Of a stretch of DNA of 64,000 nucleotides, positions 26,162 to 39,587 are shown in pieces. The notes beneath the pieces were generated by a model, which had not been told where the DNA came from, made no database searches, and saw nothing but the letters and a program-made list of their open reading frames with translations. The DNA comes from Octopus vulgaris (lineage: Eukaryota). The first letter of the stretch is position 1. Each line of letters begins with the position of its first letter. Position numbers and translations under genes: made by a program. Where the stretch lies: assembly GCA_951406725.2 (NCBI GenBank), contig OX597824.1:24614001-24678000 (forward strand), written 5' to 3'.

Positions 26162-26756
26162 AAAATTTCTTCAAGGTGGTACCCCAACATGGCTGCAGTT
26201 TAATGACTGCAAAAAATAAAAGACAAAAAATATATATGTCTAAAATATTTTTTAGCGGGGTCCAGGATACTACATGGATAACAATAAAGTTAATCAGAAG
26301 TGAAGGAATTGTCCCCAAATTTATAAATAGATACAGAAAGAATAAAATGAAGCATTGTCGTTTAAAATTTCGTCTAGCGCTTGCCACTCAATAGCTTTCT
26401 ACCGGTGTGAGTAATATCAAGCGTTGGACAATTCTTTTAGGTTCTAGTCATGTATTTCATATTATTGTATTTTATTTCGCATTATTTCATTCCATTTAAT
26501 TTCGTGGGAAAATTTTGAAGATTTTTCTCTACCTGTATGCAAGAATTCTTTTACTTCCTCAAACTCTATAAAACAGATAAACGTAATGTTTCGATAAACG
26601 ATATTATACTCGACATGTACTGAACATTATACTCTCTCTTTCATTTTACCCCATTCAATTTTCGCACACACGCACGCTAACACACACACACACACACATG
26701 TATGAATTTGTGTATGTATTCATGAATGCATGCATGTATATATATTTATATATATG

Positions 26757-26829
<73 letters not shown>

Positions 26830-26953
26830 ATGTATATATGTATGTAAAAAGGTGCTGTATGTCACGTAAGTTTATTTGCGAAACTTACGTGTAAGTGTGA
26901 CTGAGTATGTATGTATGTACGCATGTATGTATGCATGTATGTATGTATGTATG

Positions 26954-26989
<36 letters not shown>

Positions 26990-27022
26990 TAAATATATGT
27001 ATATATATGAATGTAGATATTT

Positions 27023-27079
<57 letters not shown>

Positions 27080-27369
27080 TAAATATATATATATATACAT
27101 AAGAATGTATATATGTATGTACTATGTATATATTAAAGCAATCCCATTGTGTTCTCTCTCATTCTCGCCTTTCTCAATCAATCTTAATGAGAATTTTTAT
27201 GTCTTCTGATGTTTCCAATTCAAAAGTGTCCATGGTCGGTCTGTATTGACGTTTCCGGGTCTTTTGACCTTAACTTCAAGACGGCATAAATTGAAATGTC
27301 CGAACTTACATTATACTTCATACATACATACAAACATATATACATACATACACACACACACACCACACG

Positions 27370-27405
<36 letters not shown>

Positions 27406-27540
27406 GGTACACAGATAGACAAATAAACACATACATACGTATGTATATGCATATGTATTTCTGTCATATATGTATGTATGTACGTATGTATATATGCATA
27501 TACATATATGTGTGTGCGTGTGTATGTGTCTATATATGCA

Positions 27541-27587
<47 letters not shown>

Positions 27588-27603
27588 ATATATATATATA
27601 TAT

Positions 27604-27724
<121 letters not shown>

Positions 27725-27810
27725 TGTTACGAAAAGAAAATATAAAATTTATATATATATATTAGATGTGTATGAATATATCTCTACATATGACTACATT
27801 CTTTCATATG

Positions 27811-27914
<104 letters not shown>

Positions 27915-28349
27915 GTAACGTTTGTGTGTATAATTCTTAGTTTTTGCGTGAAAAGAAGGCATCGCCTTTTTCAATTACAACGCCATTTACATACAGTATG
28001 CTTTATAGGAGTAATAGCAAATCGACGCTTGCTCTTGGTCGGTGTTTTATTTCATCGACCCCGGGAGATGAAAGCAAAATTTGACCTCTTTCTAGACTTA
28101 AACCTTCGACATAAAGAACCGTAAATATATATAGTAGCTATTCCTTTCCCTGCGTTCAAATGATTCTGCCAATACAGCACATTCGGTACATAGCTGTTAA
28201 TTTCTTTTTATGGAATGGGAAAGGACTGAAAGGAAAATTGACCCCGGCAAGATTTCAAATCAGGAGGTAAAATATCCGTAACAAAATGGTGCAGGACATT
28301 TCGTCCAATGGACTAATGTTTTTTTCTGCTAAGCCATTACTTTTACTCT

Positions 28350-28368
28350 GATGACATTGACGATGACA

Positions 28369-28410
<42 letters not shown>

Positions 28411-28454
28411 GTGGTAGTAGTGGTGGTGGTGGTGGTGGTGGTGGTAGTGGTGGG

Positions 28455-28489
<35 letters not shown>

Positions 28490-28561
28490 GTGGTGGTGAT
28501 GATGATGATGATGATGGTGATGATGATGGTGATGATGATGGTGATGATGATGGTGATGATG

Positions 28562-28593
<32 letters not shown>

Positions 28594-28607
28594 GGTGATG
28601 GTGATGG

Positions 28608-28644
<37 letters not shown>

Positions 28645-28646
28645 AG

Positions 28647-28690
<44 letters not shown>
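28350..28690. repeat. (GAT)n/(GGT)n/(AAT)n compound microsatellite
   Basis: Directly visible. Confidence 0.95.
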
Positions 28691-28692
<2 letters not shown>

Positions 28693-28918
28693 GATATGGA
28701 CAAATGGCTGAGACTGGAGATGGAATAGATTACTCGGTAGAGCTCCTATAGAAAGCTTGTCTCATAGGAACAGCAATGATTATCAAGGGGGTTGTAAGCA
28801 TTTGAAAGACAGCTGAAAACTTGAGGAATCCTAAGGTTACAGGTGATCACCCACTACCTATATAAATCCTACCAGGAATAAGACCGAACCTGAACCAAAC
28901 CAAAATATTGATAATAAT
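28691..28918 (+). mobile_element. R4/Dong LINE 3' fragment next to (AAT)n
   Basis: VELL*KACLIGTAMIIKGVVSI* resembles VEHLQKTALLGTARILRKVL; ends in ATAATAAT. Confidence 0.65.
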
Positions 28919-29075
28919 TTCTATATTTTTCACCAGGGCATCGAAGACATAGGTGTGTGGTTCAATGAAATTTTGCTTCGCAACTCCGTGGTTCGTGGTT
29001 CCAGGTTCAAGCTCATTGCACAGTACTTTAGATTATTGTACTGCATGGTTGATCGACCGCATATACTCAGCGTTT

Positions 29076-29284
29076 GTGTACCAGCAAATGGTTTTTAAAC
29101 GATTTGTATATAGTGATAGACAGGCGACACAAGTTGCCTGCAATCTTATCCAGGAGTGATGAATACCGATATTTCGCCATTTTTGTGACTTATCAACATC
29201 ACGAACCTGAATCGAACCGGGGACGAATCGAAGCACCAGCCTATGACTATATATAAATAATGTAAAAACCATTTACTGGTGTGC
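29076..29284. mobile_element. MITE with ~45-bp imperfect TIRs
   Basis: ACCAGCAAATGGTTTTTAAACGATTTGTATATAGTGATAG is mirrored by CTATGACTATATATAAATAATGTAAAAACCATTTACTGGT. Confidence 0.7.
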
Positions 29285-29391
29285 CACGGTGATGTAGAAA
29301 AGATTAAATTCAACAACGAATTAAAAACAGTGCTAGTGTTGTAAACGTTATCGACTGCATACACTCAATGTATGTGTTTTGCTTTTGCTGC

Positions 29392-29545
29392 ATGTAGTAC
29401 TAGACAGTTAAGTATCTATACATAAAATTTGAATGAAATTTATGGGTGAGTGTTCTGGCGCAAGGAACCGTGTTAGCGTTGATATGTGGGTTCGATTCTA
29501 GCCTGAGTTAGCTCATCATCTTTCAGTCAATTGTTTAGATAAATG
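29392..29545 (+). repeat. Copy 1 of a ~155-bp duplicated unit containing a degenerate tRNA-like sequence
   Basis: Homologous to 30109-30263; retains the B box GGTTCGATTC. Confidence 0.75.
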
Positions 29546-29574
29546 CTTTGAACGGAGTATATATATTATACATT

Positions 29575-29798
29575 ACTCTTACTCTTTTACTCTTTTTACT
29601 TGTTTCAGTCATTTGACTGCGGCCATGCTGGAGAACCGCCTTTAGTCGAGCAAATCGACCCCGGGACTTATTCTTTGTAAGCCCAGTACTTATTCTATCG
29701 GTCTCTTTTGCCGAACCGCTAAGTGACGGGGACGTAAACACACCAGCATCGGTTGTCAAGCAATGCTAGGGGAACAAACACAGACACACAAACATATT

Positions 29799-29848
<50 letters not shown>

Positions 29849-30013
29849 TACGACAGGCTTCTTTCAGTTTCAGTCTACCAAATCAACTCACAAGGCAGTG
29901 GTCGGCCCGGGGCTACAGCAGAAGATACTTGCCCAAGATGCCACGCAGTGGGACTGAACCCGGAACCATGTGGTTGGTTAGCAAGCTACTTACCAAACAG
30001 CCACTCCTGCGCC
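29575..30013 (-). mobile_element. SINE family A, full length
   Basis: Near-identical to 4678-5083. Confidence 0.9.
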
Positions 30014-30108
30014 TTATGATATAGTATTATATTGGTATTATTGTAGTCTTTCGTAGTCGCTTTTTCTCCGTAACTTATCAAGCCTCCGTGTTTGTTTACA
30101 AATATTAA

Positions 30109-30263
30109 ATGTAGTATTAGACAGTTAAGTACCTATATATAAAATTTGACTGAAATTTATGGGTGAGTGTTCTGGCTCAATCGGTTGCGCAAGGAGCCAC
30201 GTTAGTGCTGATATGTAGGTTCGAGATAGCTCATCATTTTTCAGTCAATTGTTTAGATAAATG
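30109..30263 (+). repeat. Copy 2 of the duplicated tRNA-like unit
   Basis: Retains the A box TGGCTCAATCGG; lacks 11 nt after GGTTCGA. Confidence 0.75.
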
Positions 30264-30319
30264 TCGTTTTAATCATATATATATATATATATTATTATTA
30301 TTATTATTATTATATATTA

Positions 30320-30510
30320 TTAAGACGTTGAACTGGCAGAATTGCTAGCACGCTGGACGAAATGCTTAGCAGTTCAAATTCCACCGAGGTCGACTTTACC
30401 TTTCATCCTTTCGGGGTCGATAAATTAAGTACCAGTTGAGTACTGGTGTAGATTTAATCGACTATCCCCTCCTCCAAATTTCAGGCCTTGTGCCTATAAT
30501 AGAAAGGGTT
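30320..30510 (+). mobile_element. SINE family B monomer, alternative tail
   Basis: Family B core plus the CCCTCCTCCAAATTTCAGGCCTTGTGCCTA tail. Confidence 0.8.
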
Positions 30511-30512
30511 AT

Positions 30513-30582
<70 letters not shown>

Positions 30583-30584
<2 letters not shown>

Positions 30585-31150
30585 GTTTCAGCCATGTGGA
30601 TGCCGTCATGCTGGAGCATCATCTGGATTTTGTACTTTTAAATATCATTTTTCTTTGGTTGATTTCTTCAGGGTAGCAGGATTTCATATCATCACTCCTG
30701 TAAGTGCTTTTTCCTTGGTTGTTGGCCCATTTGGTGTACGAGGGAATTTGACACTTCCGCTCTAAATCTGTACATCATGCCGGGCCGTTGGTTCATCTAG
30801 TAATATATAGAGGAGACTATTTAGTTCCTTTTTGAAGGCATCCACGTCCACACTGTGTAGGTTTCTTAGTTTTTTTCTTTTTATATATTTTGTAGGGCTT
30901 TGAAGAGCTGTGGGTCTTTGAGCCGTAATCTATGGCAGAACCTCATTCTGAAGTTAGATGGAGTTGACAGAACCTTTGGTACAATACAATGGCGTCAAGT
31001 TCAGGCAGGACATGTCCAAGAGAGCTATTATAAACTGTAATTGCCCCAAAACAGTTCCCTCGGGTACGCCACTCAGAATTTGCTTTTCATCTGAGAGAGC
31101 ACCATTGGCTGAAACTGTCGGACTTGTACCTTTTAGGGAGCTTCACGAAG
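30583..31150 (-). mobile_element. CR1-clade LINE remnant with internal deletion
   Basis: Minus strand SANGALSDEKQILSGVPEGTVLGQLQFIIAL (RT SGVPQG motif) is joined to RHCIVPKV...PQLFKAL...VDVDAFKKEL...DEPT (CR1 C-terminus) and the tail GCTCCAGCATGACGGC...GCTGAAAC. Confidence 0.8.
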
Positions 31151-31361
31151 GTCTCGCAGCTTGTGATATAACGTACACTTTTGGTCTCCTATATATAGCC
31201 AGATAACCGAAGAGATGGCGTCGTGGATTCCCACTTCGGCATCTGAAACTCAGAGTTTTATCTTGACTATCGAGTAATGTAACATATTATTTTATAGATA
31301 AATTTCCTCTATTTACATAATATTGAGGTCTCTTTCTTTCTTTTGTTATCTTACCGTTTTA

Positions 31362-31402
<41 letters not shown>

Positions 31403-32269
31403 AATGTATTAGTTTGATGCTCAGTAAAAAGCGAGTTTTTTAAAATTTCGAGCATAGATCTTCGCCAGAAAGGAAAAATGGAAAAGTCCAAAGAAGGGAG
31501 AAAATAATCAACAACAGCATGTGTGTAGTTACATTAGCTGAAGTGACCGGAAGTAGAAAGATATAGAGAAACTGAATTACCTTGTTGCACACCTTCAGAT
31601 AAATGTGACTTATCGATCAATATATATCGCTTACATACAATATATATCAATGAAATACATGCCAACGTTAAGTACTGTCCTCGATATAAGTGGTTTAATC
31701 TTTTAAATTCTATACCCTAGAATGATCGCGTTTTCATGGCTAAAACCATTAAAATATAAAAAGGTGTACCGGATTACACTTTTCATTGAAACTGCAGTAC
31801 AGTAATTAGATTCCGCTTGTTCATACTCAATAATCTAGCCATTCTGCCGATCCTTCCACGACTTTCAAGATAAATAGAAAATATGTAAATAAATATGTTT
31901 GTATCCTGTTTCTCAATCATTAAGACTTTTGTTTTTTTAGTAGTCTCAGACCTGATTGGTTGATATGAATTGAAAGATAACAAAAAAAACTCGGTTAAGA
32001 ATTTCTATGATGAATCGTATGATATAAATTTTTTTTCTTCGTGAAAATTTGACATTCATTTTCACACGAGAGAGCCGTAACGTTCAGTATGGGATATGTA
32101 GGGCGACCGCGAAGGACGTGTCTGCACGCCAATCCTATAACCACATAACACCAAAGTAGCAAAAGAGGAAGTTCACGGCGTGGTGTACTCCACCTGCTTG
32201 GGAACGGCCGTCATAGGGACTTCAAAATCATGCCTTAACAGCATGAAACAAACGTATGACACAGTAGAC

Positions 32270-32301
<32 letters not shown>

Positions 32302-32453
32302 TACATACAGGCAGACAGACATAGAAAAACATGGTGTGGTCATGGCAAGAACAGTTTGCATCAGTAGTCTGCATGACAAGGGTTGCGCTAAGGATAAGTC
32401 ACACTTAATATTAAGTAGGATGCTGATATTTTAAATTTTAATCAACTCAGTCT

Positions 32454-32501
32454 CTTGCTACTCCGAGTTTCGCCTGTAGGTGCACTGGATCTTCAGGCAA
32501 G
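32454..32501 (-). ncRNA. Type I hammerhead motif, core intact, stem II damaged
   Basis: Minus strand CTTGC-CTGAAGA-TCCAGTgcacctACAGGC-GAAA-CTcggAG-TA-GCAAG. Confidence 0.75.
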
Positions 32502-32512
32502 TTACGACTTAT

Positions 32513-32549
<37 letters not shown>

Positions 32550-32644
32550 TACATACATACATACATACATACATACATACATACATACATACATACATAC
32601 ATACATACATACATACACACACATATATATATATATATACAGAG

Positions 32645-32830
32645 AGAGAGAGGTGGGGAGAATTCACGAAAAAAAAAAAAGACATAGACAGATGGTGTAG
32701 AAAACAAACAGATGTATTAGTATAACGCTCAGGAATTGAAAAGGTCTTTTACGTTTCGAGCCTACGCTCTTCCACAGAAAAGAACACAGAAAGAAACAAG
32801 GAGAGAAAAAAAATGTGTGTAGTGGCTATT
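32645..32830 (-). mobile_element. Penelope-like short element with CUGUGGA hammerhead variant
   Basis: Reverse complement of 8680-8860; motif at 32746-32781. Confidence 0.7.
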
Positions 32831-33057
32831 ATTATAAATAATAATAATATGAGTCCCAAGTAAGCATGAAAACCAAAAGAGTAAATTTATAAATTCATAA
32901 TCAAGGGTACAAGTACCAGCGTTGCTAGAAATAAGATTCGAAAATTACTCAAATAAGCTACAATGTCACTGTAAATTTAAGAAGCTGATGTAATCGAGGA
33001 ATGAGGAAATGCCAACCTACAATTGCGGAGGAAAGACACAAATGAATTTGCAGATAT

Positions 33058-33115
33058 ACCAATATCACGTGATTTCGAACCTTGTGATTATTACTCTTAG
33101 ATCGCATCCGTTGGT
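33058..33115 (-). ncRNA. Degenerate hammerhead motif
   Basis: ACCAA-CGGATGC(two core changes)-GATCT..AGGTTC-GAAA-TCACGTGA-TA-TTGGT. Confidence 0.55.
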
Positions 33116-33291
33116 CTCGCTGCCTGGGGTTAAAATAATACCCGCTTCGTCATGCTTGTTAAAATCGCTGAAAGACTAGCGCCAAATTCAAACAATAGAA
33201 GTGTATAATTATATATAAGTAAAGATATTATTATTAATAAATAATAACAATAACAATAATAATGATGATGATGATGATAATAATAATAATG

Positions 33292-33372
<81 letters not shown>

Positions 33373-33422
33373 GTAATAATAATAATAACAACAACAACAA
33401 CAACAACAACAATAACAATAAC

Positions 33423-33475
<53 letters not shown>

Positions 33476-34030
33476 TGCCCTGATGCAGTACCAGACTGTG
33501 GCTCTCATGGCTTCTGATCTTAACTGATTGGAAGTGTTATCATGTACATTGTTTTGTCTTGGTATAAAATATGGGCTACAGCAAATATTCTGCTCAATAC
33601 CACAGATTTGCTTCTCAGTTGTTTGACCTTAACCAGTTGAGCATGTCCCTTAGTGGCCGGCGATATGTGCATCTCTGATCAAGAGCAGAAGTAGTGGGAG
33701 AGCATCATAGACGTGTGTTGAAAGGAATTCTTGGAGGTTTGGATAATTCACCTTTGGAAACATGGGTGGTTCTTTCAACATCCTTAAACAATCCTTATTC
33801 AGGGACCTTTTGAGCGGGATGGGATACTCGACCGGAAGAAAATTCTAACTGGGCCTCACCTGCAAGTTCATGCGCTGTTTATCTTGATATGAGATCACTA
33901 TGTCACGCACATATGGTTGTGATATATGTGTCTGGTGTACCCTTCTCAGACGGGTAGTCATGATGGGTATACTGGACTTCGTATATTTTACTCCAGTGTC
34001 ACTTTGATGGCATGCATTGCTCCCTCACAC
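33476..34030 (+). mobile_element. ~555-bp non-autonomous retroposon between (AAT)n tracts (possible 5S-derived SINE)
   Basis: Second copy of the 1044-2098 element, uninterrupted. Confidence 0.82.
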
Positions 34031-34197
<167 letters not shown>

Positions 34198-34198
34198 C

Positions 34199-34270
<72 letters not shown>

Positions 34271-34295
34271 TATATTATTATTATTATTATTATTA

Positions 34296-34604
34296 GCACT
34301 AGGAATGATCAAGAAGGGAACCGAAAATTATATGAAAATGATCCCTGGCTTACCATCCCTGCAAGAAGTGCAAAAGATTGTCTTAACTGGTACATCACAC
34401 GTATTGAGAAGAGCATTGTCGATGTGAGAACTGTTGCTGCTCAGGTATTTTAATTTAACTTAAAAAAAAAAAAAAAAAAGTGAACGAACTACTGAGTTTG
34501 GTTTAATGGCCTACCAATGTATACTATGAGTTTCTTTGCCCTAGGAGTCGGGAATACACTCGGCAAGAAATGGAAGCAAATTTGAAAGAAGAAAAAAAAA
34601 AGTA

Positions 34605-34605
<1 letters not shown>
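34296..34605 (+). mobile_element. R4/Dong LINE 3' end
   Basis: ALGMIKKGTENYMKMIPGLPSLQEVQKIVLTGTSHVLRRALSM*, then 3' UTR and (AAT)n. Confidence 0.8.
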
Positions 34606-34678
<73 letters not shown>

Positions 34679-34679
<1 letters not shown>

Positions 34680-35200
34680 TCCCCGTACATACCGATAAAA
34701 CTATAAAAGCTAATAAATCAGATATTATTATTAAAGATCAGACAAAAGAGGTGTGTTTATTAATTGACATGAGTATTCTTTGCGATCACAATAAGAATTT
34801 GACAAGATCAGTAAATATAAAGACTTGCTAATAGAAATTGAAAAATGTAGCATCTCAAGGCGACCACAGTACTAGTGATTGTAGGATCTCTAGGAATGAT
34901 AGAAAAAAGGTACTGAAACCTATTTGAAAATGATACCAGGCTTACCATCCCTACAGGAAGTGCAAAAAATTGTCTTAACTGGAACGGCTCATGTACTGAG
35001 AAGAGCATTATTACTGTGAAAACAACATCCATTCATGAATTTATTTATTTATTAATTTTTTAAAAACACATATTTTACCTGTGAATTTGCGTGTGTAATC
35101 TGGGAATACATGCAATGAGCTTCTCTGCCCTAGGTGTACGGAAAACACTCGGCGAGAAATGGAAGAAAATTTGAAGAAAGAAGGAAATTCAAATAAAAAA
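34679..35200 (+). mobile_element. R4/Dong LINE 3' end including RLE domain
   Basis: FPVHTDKTIKANKSDIII...CLLIDMSI...KISKYKDLLIEIEK...GLPSLQEVQKIVLTGTAHVLRRAL; same family as the preceding copy. Confidence 0.82.
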
Positions 35201-35313
35201 TGAAATTATGGCTTGCACAGTAAGGTCCGGCGAACCTATTTACACATACACATACTTATATGTTAAAATTAAAATATAGTATTTGGTATCGAACTATGAT
35301 AAAGTTATTTAGA

Positions 35314-35408
35314 GGCCTGATGATTGGGGGTTATATTTTAAGAAAGGTTCCTGTAAAGCATGGCATGGTTAAGGAACCGTAAAAGAACCTCAAGAAACAC
35401 GTGTAGCA
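35314..35408 (+). ncRNA. Hammerhead motif with extended stem II
   Basis: GC-CTGATGA-TTGGGGGTT...(ggttcct/aggaacc)...AACCTCAA-GAAA-CACGTG-TA-GC; stem I is only 2 bp. Confidence 0.6.
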
Positions 35409-35481
35409 GAGAAATGAGTAGTAAGTATTAAATTCAATTAAAATTCTTTTATATGTGGGGTGAAGGGGACTACTATCTCTA

Positions 35482-35541
<60 letters not shown>

Positions 35542-35577
35542 ATTTTAATATAAGCGTGAGCGTTCCTCTCTGCATGT

Positions 35578-35626
<49 letters not shown>

Positions 35627-36617
35627 CGTGCGTCTGTGTGTGTGCATATATATAAATGCATGTGCACAGCCCTTGTACTCGAACTGCAAGCTATTCTTTC
35701 CGATTCTATAACGACTCCACCAAATTGCCGCCAATAAACAAAAAAAAAAAAAAAAAAAAGAAAACATACTACGGCTACACCTATGAGAATGCGTATAAAT
35801 TTTATATTCAGTTATTTCTATTTTTTTGTTTCATTTTTCATGTTGTGATTGTTTTGGTCATTCTAAATATTGGTTTTGTTACTGTCATTGACGTCATCAG
35901 CGTCATTGTTGTTGTTGCTATTATTGTTGTCTTTTCCCACCTAACCTGTTGATCAGTGAATATATTTTAACAAACGGAAGAAAAAAAACCCGCCAAATCA
36001 GTCTCCGACGCATAAGAAATATGCAAAGCAAAAACAAATAAATTCTTTGAGAAGAATGTTTATTTTAAGCCTTTTTTGGTGTGTCGGGGGGGTTTTGTTT
36101 TTGTTATTGCTGTTGTCGTCTGAATTCCTCCTTCTGCTATTACCACTCTTGTTGTTATTGTTGTTACCTACCCTTGTGTGTTTTAGTGGCTCTCACATTT
36201 GCTATTCAGAAAATATGGGAAGCAGGACCTCAGTGAGTGTGTGTGTGTGTGTGTGTACGTGTTATAGGTTATATGTTTCTGACTACGTAATGAGTGGGTG
36301 TAGTTAATTTGATTACATCCAGGATTTGAATCACAAGGCACTTATTTATATCCTTTCTAATGCTTCCTTCTGTTTGTTATTTCAACCAATCGTAGACCCG
36401 CAGTTATAACTATGGTGACAAACTTCGACACAAGGTCACGTATTTAATGAGAGAAAACGTTCAGTTCATTAAATCGATTGGGACTTATTTTTAATAATAC
36501 CGGAAAGATGAAAGACAAAGTCGACCTTGGCGTGATTTGAACTCGAGGCTCTAAAATTGACGTAACTCAATATCTGGAGGTGTTTCTTCCGGTCATTTAA
36601 TGATTCTGTTACTCGTT

Positions 36618-36835
36618 AAGGCGGCGAGCTGGCAGAATCGTTAGCACGCTAGACGAACTGCCAAGCAGTATTTCACCCGTACTTACGTTCCGAGTTCAAA
36701 ATCCGCCGAGGTCGACTTTGCTTTTTATTCCTTCGGGGTTGGTAAATTAAGTACCAGTTGCGTACAGGGGTCGATCTAATCGACTGGCCTCCACCCCCAA
36801 AATTTCAGGCCTTGTACCTGTAATAGAAAGAATTC
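36618..36835 (+). mobile_element. SINE family B monomer, alternative tail
   Basis: Complete head, core and tail; TACTCGT flanks both ends. Confidence 0.85.
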
Positions 36836-37299
36836 TGCTACTCGTCTACCTTTCCCACCTGTTATAATGCCATTGGATGGAAAATAAGTACGAACTTTCT
36901 ATTTTAATACGACGTAATGTTAAAAGAAAGAACCCAAATATTTTTTTCTTTCTGCCTTGTTTTAATCATTAGACTGTTGCCAGGCTGGAGCACCACCTTG
37001 AAGAAATTTTAGTCGAATGAATCGACCCAGTATTCATTCATTCATTCAGTTATTTATTTATTTATATATTTTTAAAGCCCAGTTGTTATTTTATCGGTTT
37101 TCTTTTTCGGAATCGCTAGGCTACAAGGACGTAAACACACCAACACCGGCTGTAAAGTGATGATTTGGGAGAAACACAGACCCAAAGACATACATACTCC
37201 CAGAATAATAGGTGGCTCACTGTCTCACCCAAGGACATGTCCGAGTCATGTAGACAAAATTTCCAGCGACTATCATACCACTCTACTTCTGCGAGAGCC

Positions 37300-37915
37300 T
37301 CGGGTTGGACATCAGAAATGAGAAGGTGCTTGGAGAGCAGTGAAATGTGGTTCTTAAGGAAAATATTGAGGATAGTACGGACAGGCAAAGTTTCTAATGA
37401 AGAAGTGAGGATCTGGGCTGCTGTAAATAAGAAACTGCTTTGTAGGATAAGGACCTGAGCGGAAACACCTAAAAGCTCCACGAGGCTCCGGCAGGGGATG
37501 GTGGTGATCCCTGCTGTACTCTTTCACCACAACTTTCTCTCACTCTTACTTCCTGTTTCTGTTGTACCTGTATTTCAAAGGGCCGGCCTTGTCACTCTCT
37601 GTGTCACGCTGAATATCCCCGAGAACTACGTTAAGCGTACACGTGTCTGTGGAGTGCTCAGCCACTTACACGTTAATTTCACGAGCAGGCTGTTCCGTTG
37701 ATTCGGATCAACCGGAACCCTCGTCGTCGTAACCGACGGAGTGCTTCCATCCAAGGAAGAACGAGAGCCCGGAGCGTTTAATATTGATGGGAAAGACTGA
37801 ACGGGAAGGAAGCAGAGGAAGGAGAAGAACAGGGAAATAAAGAACAGGGAACTGTGAGAGGACATGATCACCTATGCCCTATAATTTGGGCATGGCCCCT
37901 AAAGAAAGAAAGAAT
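37300..37915 (+). mobile_element. RTE/BovB-like LINE 3' remnant interrupted by SINE C (37456-37750)
   Basis: EMWFLRKILRIVRTGKVSNEEV...LILMGKTEREGSRGRRR; (AAAG)n tail. Confidence 0.8.
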
Positions 37916-38014
37916 CTTGATTAAACGTAGACAAATTTCAATTCGCTTTATTTACGAATTAGAGATCATACCGTATTTGATTATCGTATGCTGAACTGTC
38001 TGTTACTCTCTCTC

Positions 38015-38243
38015 TCTCTTTTACTCTTTTACTTGTTTCAGTCATTTGACTGCGGCCATGCTGGAGCACTACCTTTAATCGAGCAACTCGACCCTGGGAC
38101 TTATTCTTTGTAAGCTCAGTACTTATTCTATCAGTCTCTTTTGCCGAACCGCTAAGTGACGGGGACATAAACACACCAGCATCGGTTGTCAAGCAATGCT
38201 AGGGGGACAAACACAGACACACAAACATATACACACACCTACA

Positions 38244-38281
<38 letters not shown>

Positions 38282-38446
38282 TACGACGGGCTTCTTTCAG
38301 TTTCCGTCTGCCAAATCCACTCACAAGGCTTTGGTCGGCCCGAGGCTATAGTAGAAGACACTTGCCCAAGGTGCCACGCAGTGAGACTGAACCCGGAACC
38401 ATGTGGTTGGTAAACAAGCTACTTACCACACAGCCACTCCTGCGTC
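38015..38446 (-). mobile_element. SINE family A, full length
   Basis: Match to family A. Confidence 0.9.
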
Positions 38447-38884
38447 TGTTGAGCAATTTCCTCATAAATAATCTTTTATGTTGTAGGTATAAGGCTTGAC
38501 ATTTTGAGGTAAGGTCTAGTCGACTACGTTGTCCCCGGTGCTCAAATGGTACTTAGTTTATTGACAACGAAAGGATGAAAAGCAAAAGCCGACCTCAGCG
38601 GGTTTTGAACTCAGATAGTAAGAACGGACGAAATACTGATAAGCATTTTGTGACCGTCGTACTAACGATTCCACCTGCTCGCCGACTTTGAAGATAACGT
38701 TGGCCTCGGAGAGATATTAACTCAGAGGATAAAGAGCCGGAACACTTAATGCAAGGAATTTTATCCGACGCTCCGATGATTCTACCATTTCAACGTCCTT
38801 GAGAACAAATTCCTTTTGCTTCCTATTTACAATAGAAGACCTTGCTTGCTAATGACACTTTTGAACAAAGCTTTTCAATAACTG

Positions 38885-39108
38885 TTTTACTCTTTTACTT
38901 GTTTCACTCATTTGACTGTGGTCATGCTGGAGCACCGCCTTTAGTCGAGCAAATCTACCCCAGCACTTAATCTTTGTAAGCCTAGTACTTATTCTATCGG
39001 TCTATTTTACCGAACCGCTAAGTTACGGGGGCGTAAACACACCAGCATCGGTTGACAAGCGATGTTGGGGGACAAACACAGACACACAAACATATACACA
39101 CACCTACA

Positions 39109-39144
<36 letters not shown>

Positions 39145-39349
39145 AAACAAAGTAAGATAGGGGTTATGGGTGTAACCCACTGTGGGATATCATTTATCCG
39201 ATATACTGTATTTGTCTATTATCTATTGATTTATATAATATTTTGTATGCTTTTGATGTTCTCATTTGTAAAATGAATAAATAATCTAACATTTTAATAT
39301 CCGTAAGTTGATGAACAAACTGAATTTTTTTTCTCTATTTTCTTATTTG

Positions 39350-39416
<67 letters not shown>

Positions 39417-39587
39417 TATGTACAACGAGCTTCTTTCTGTTTCCGTCTACCAAATCTACTTAGAGGGCTTTGGTCGACCCGAATCGATAGTAAAAGGCAC
39501 TTGCCCAAGTTGCCACGCAGTGGGACTGAACCCGGAACCATGTGACTGGAAAGCAAGCTACTTACCACACACCCACTCCTACGCCTA
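38885..39587 (-). mobile_element. SINE family A with a ~210-bp insertion in its central (AT)n
   Basis: Both halves are present around a foreign AT-rich segment at 39142-39352. Confidence 0.85.
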
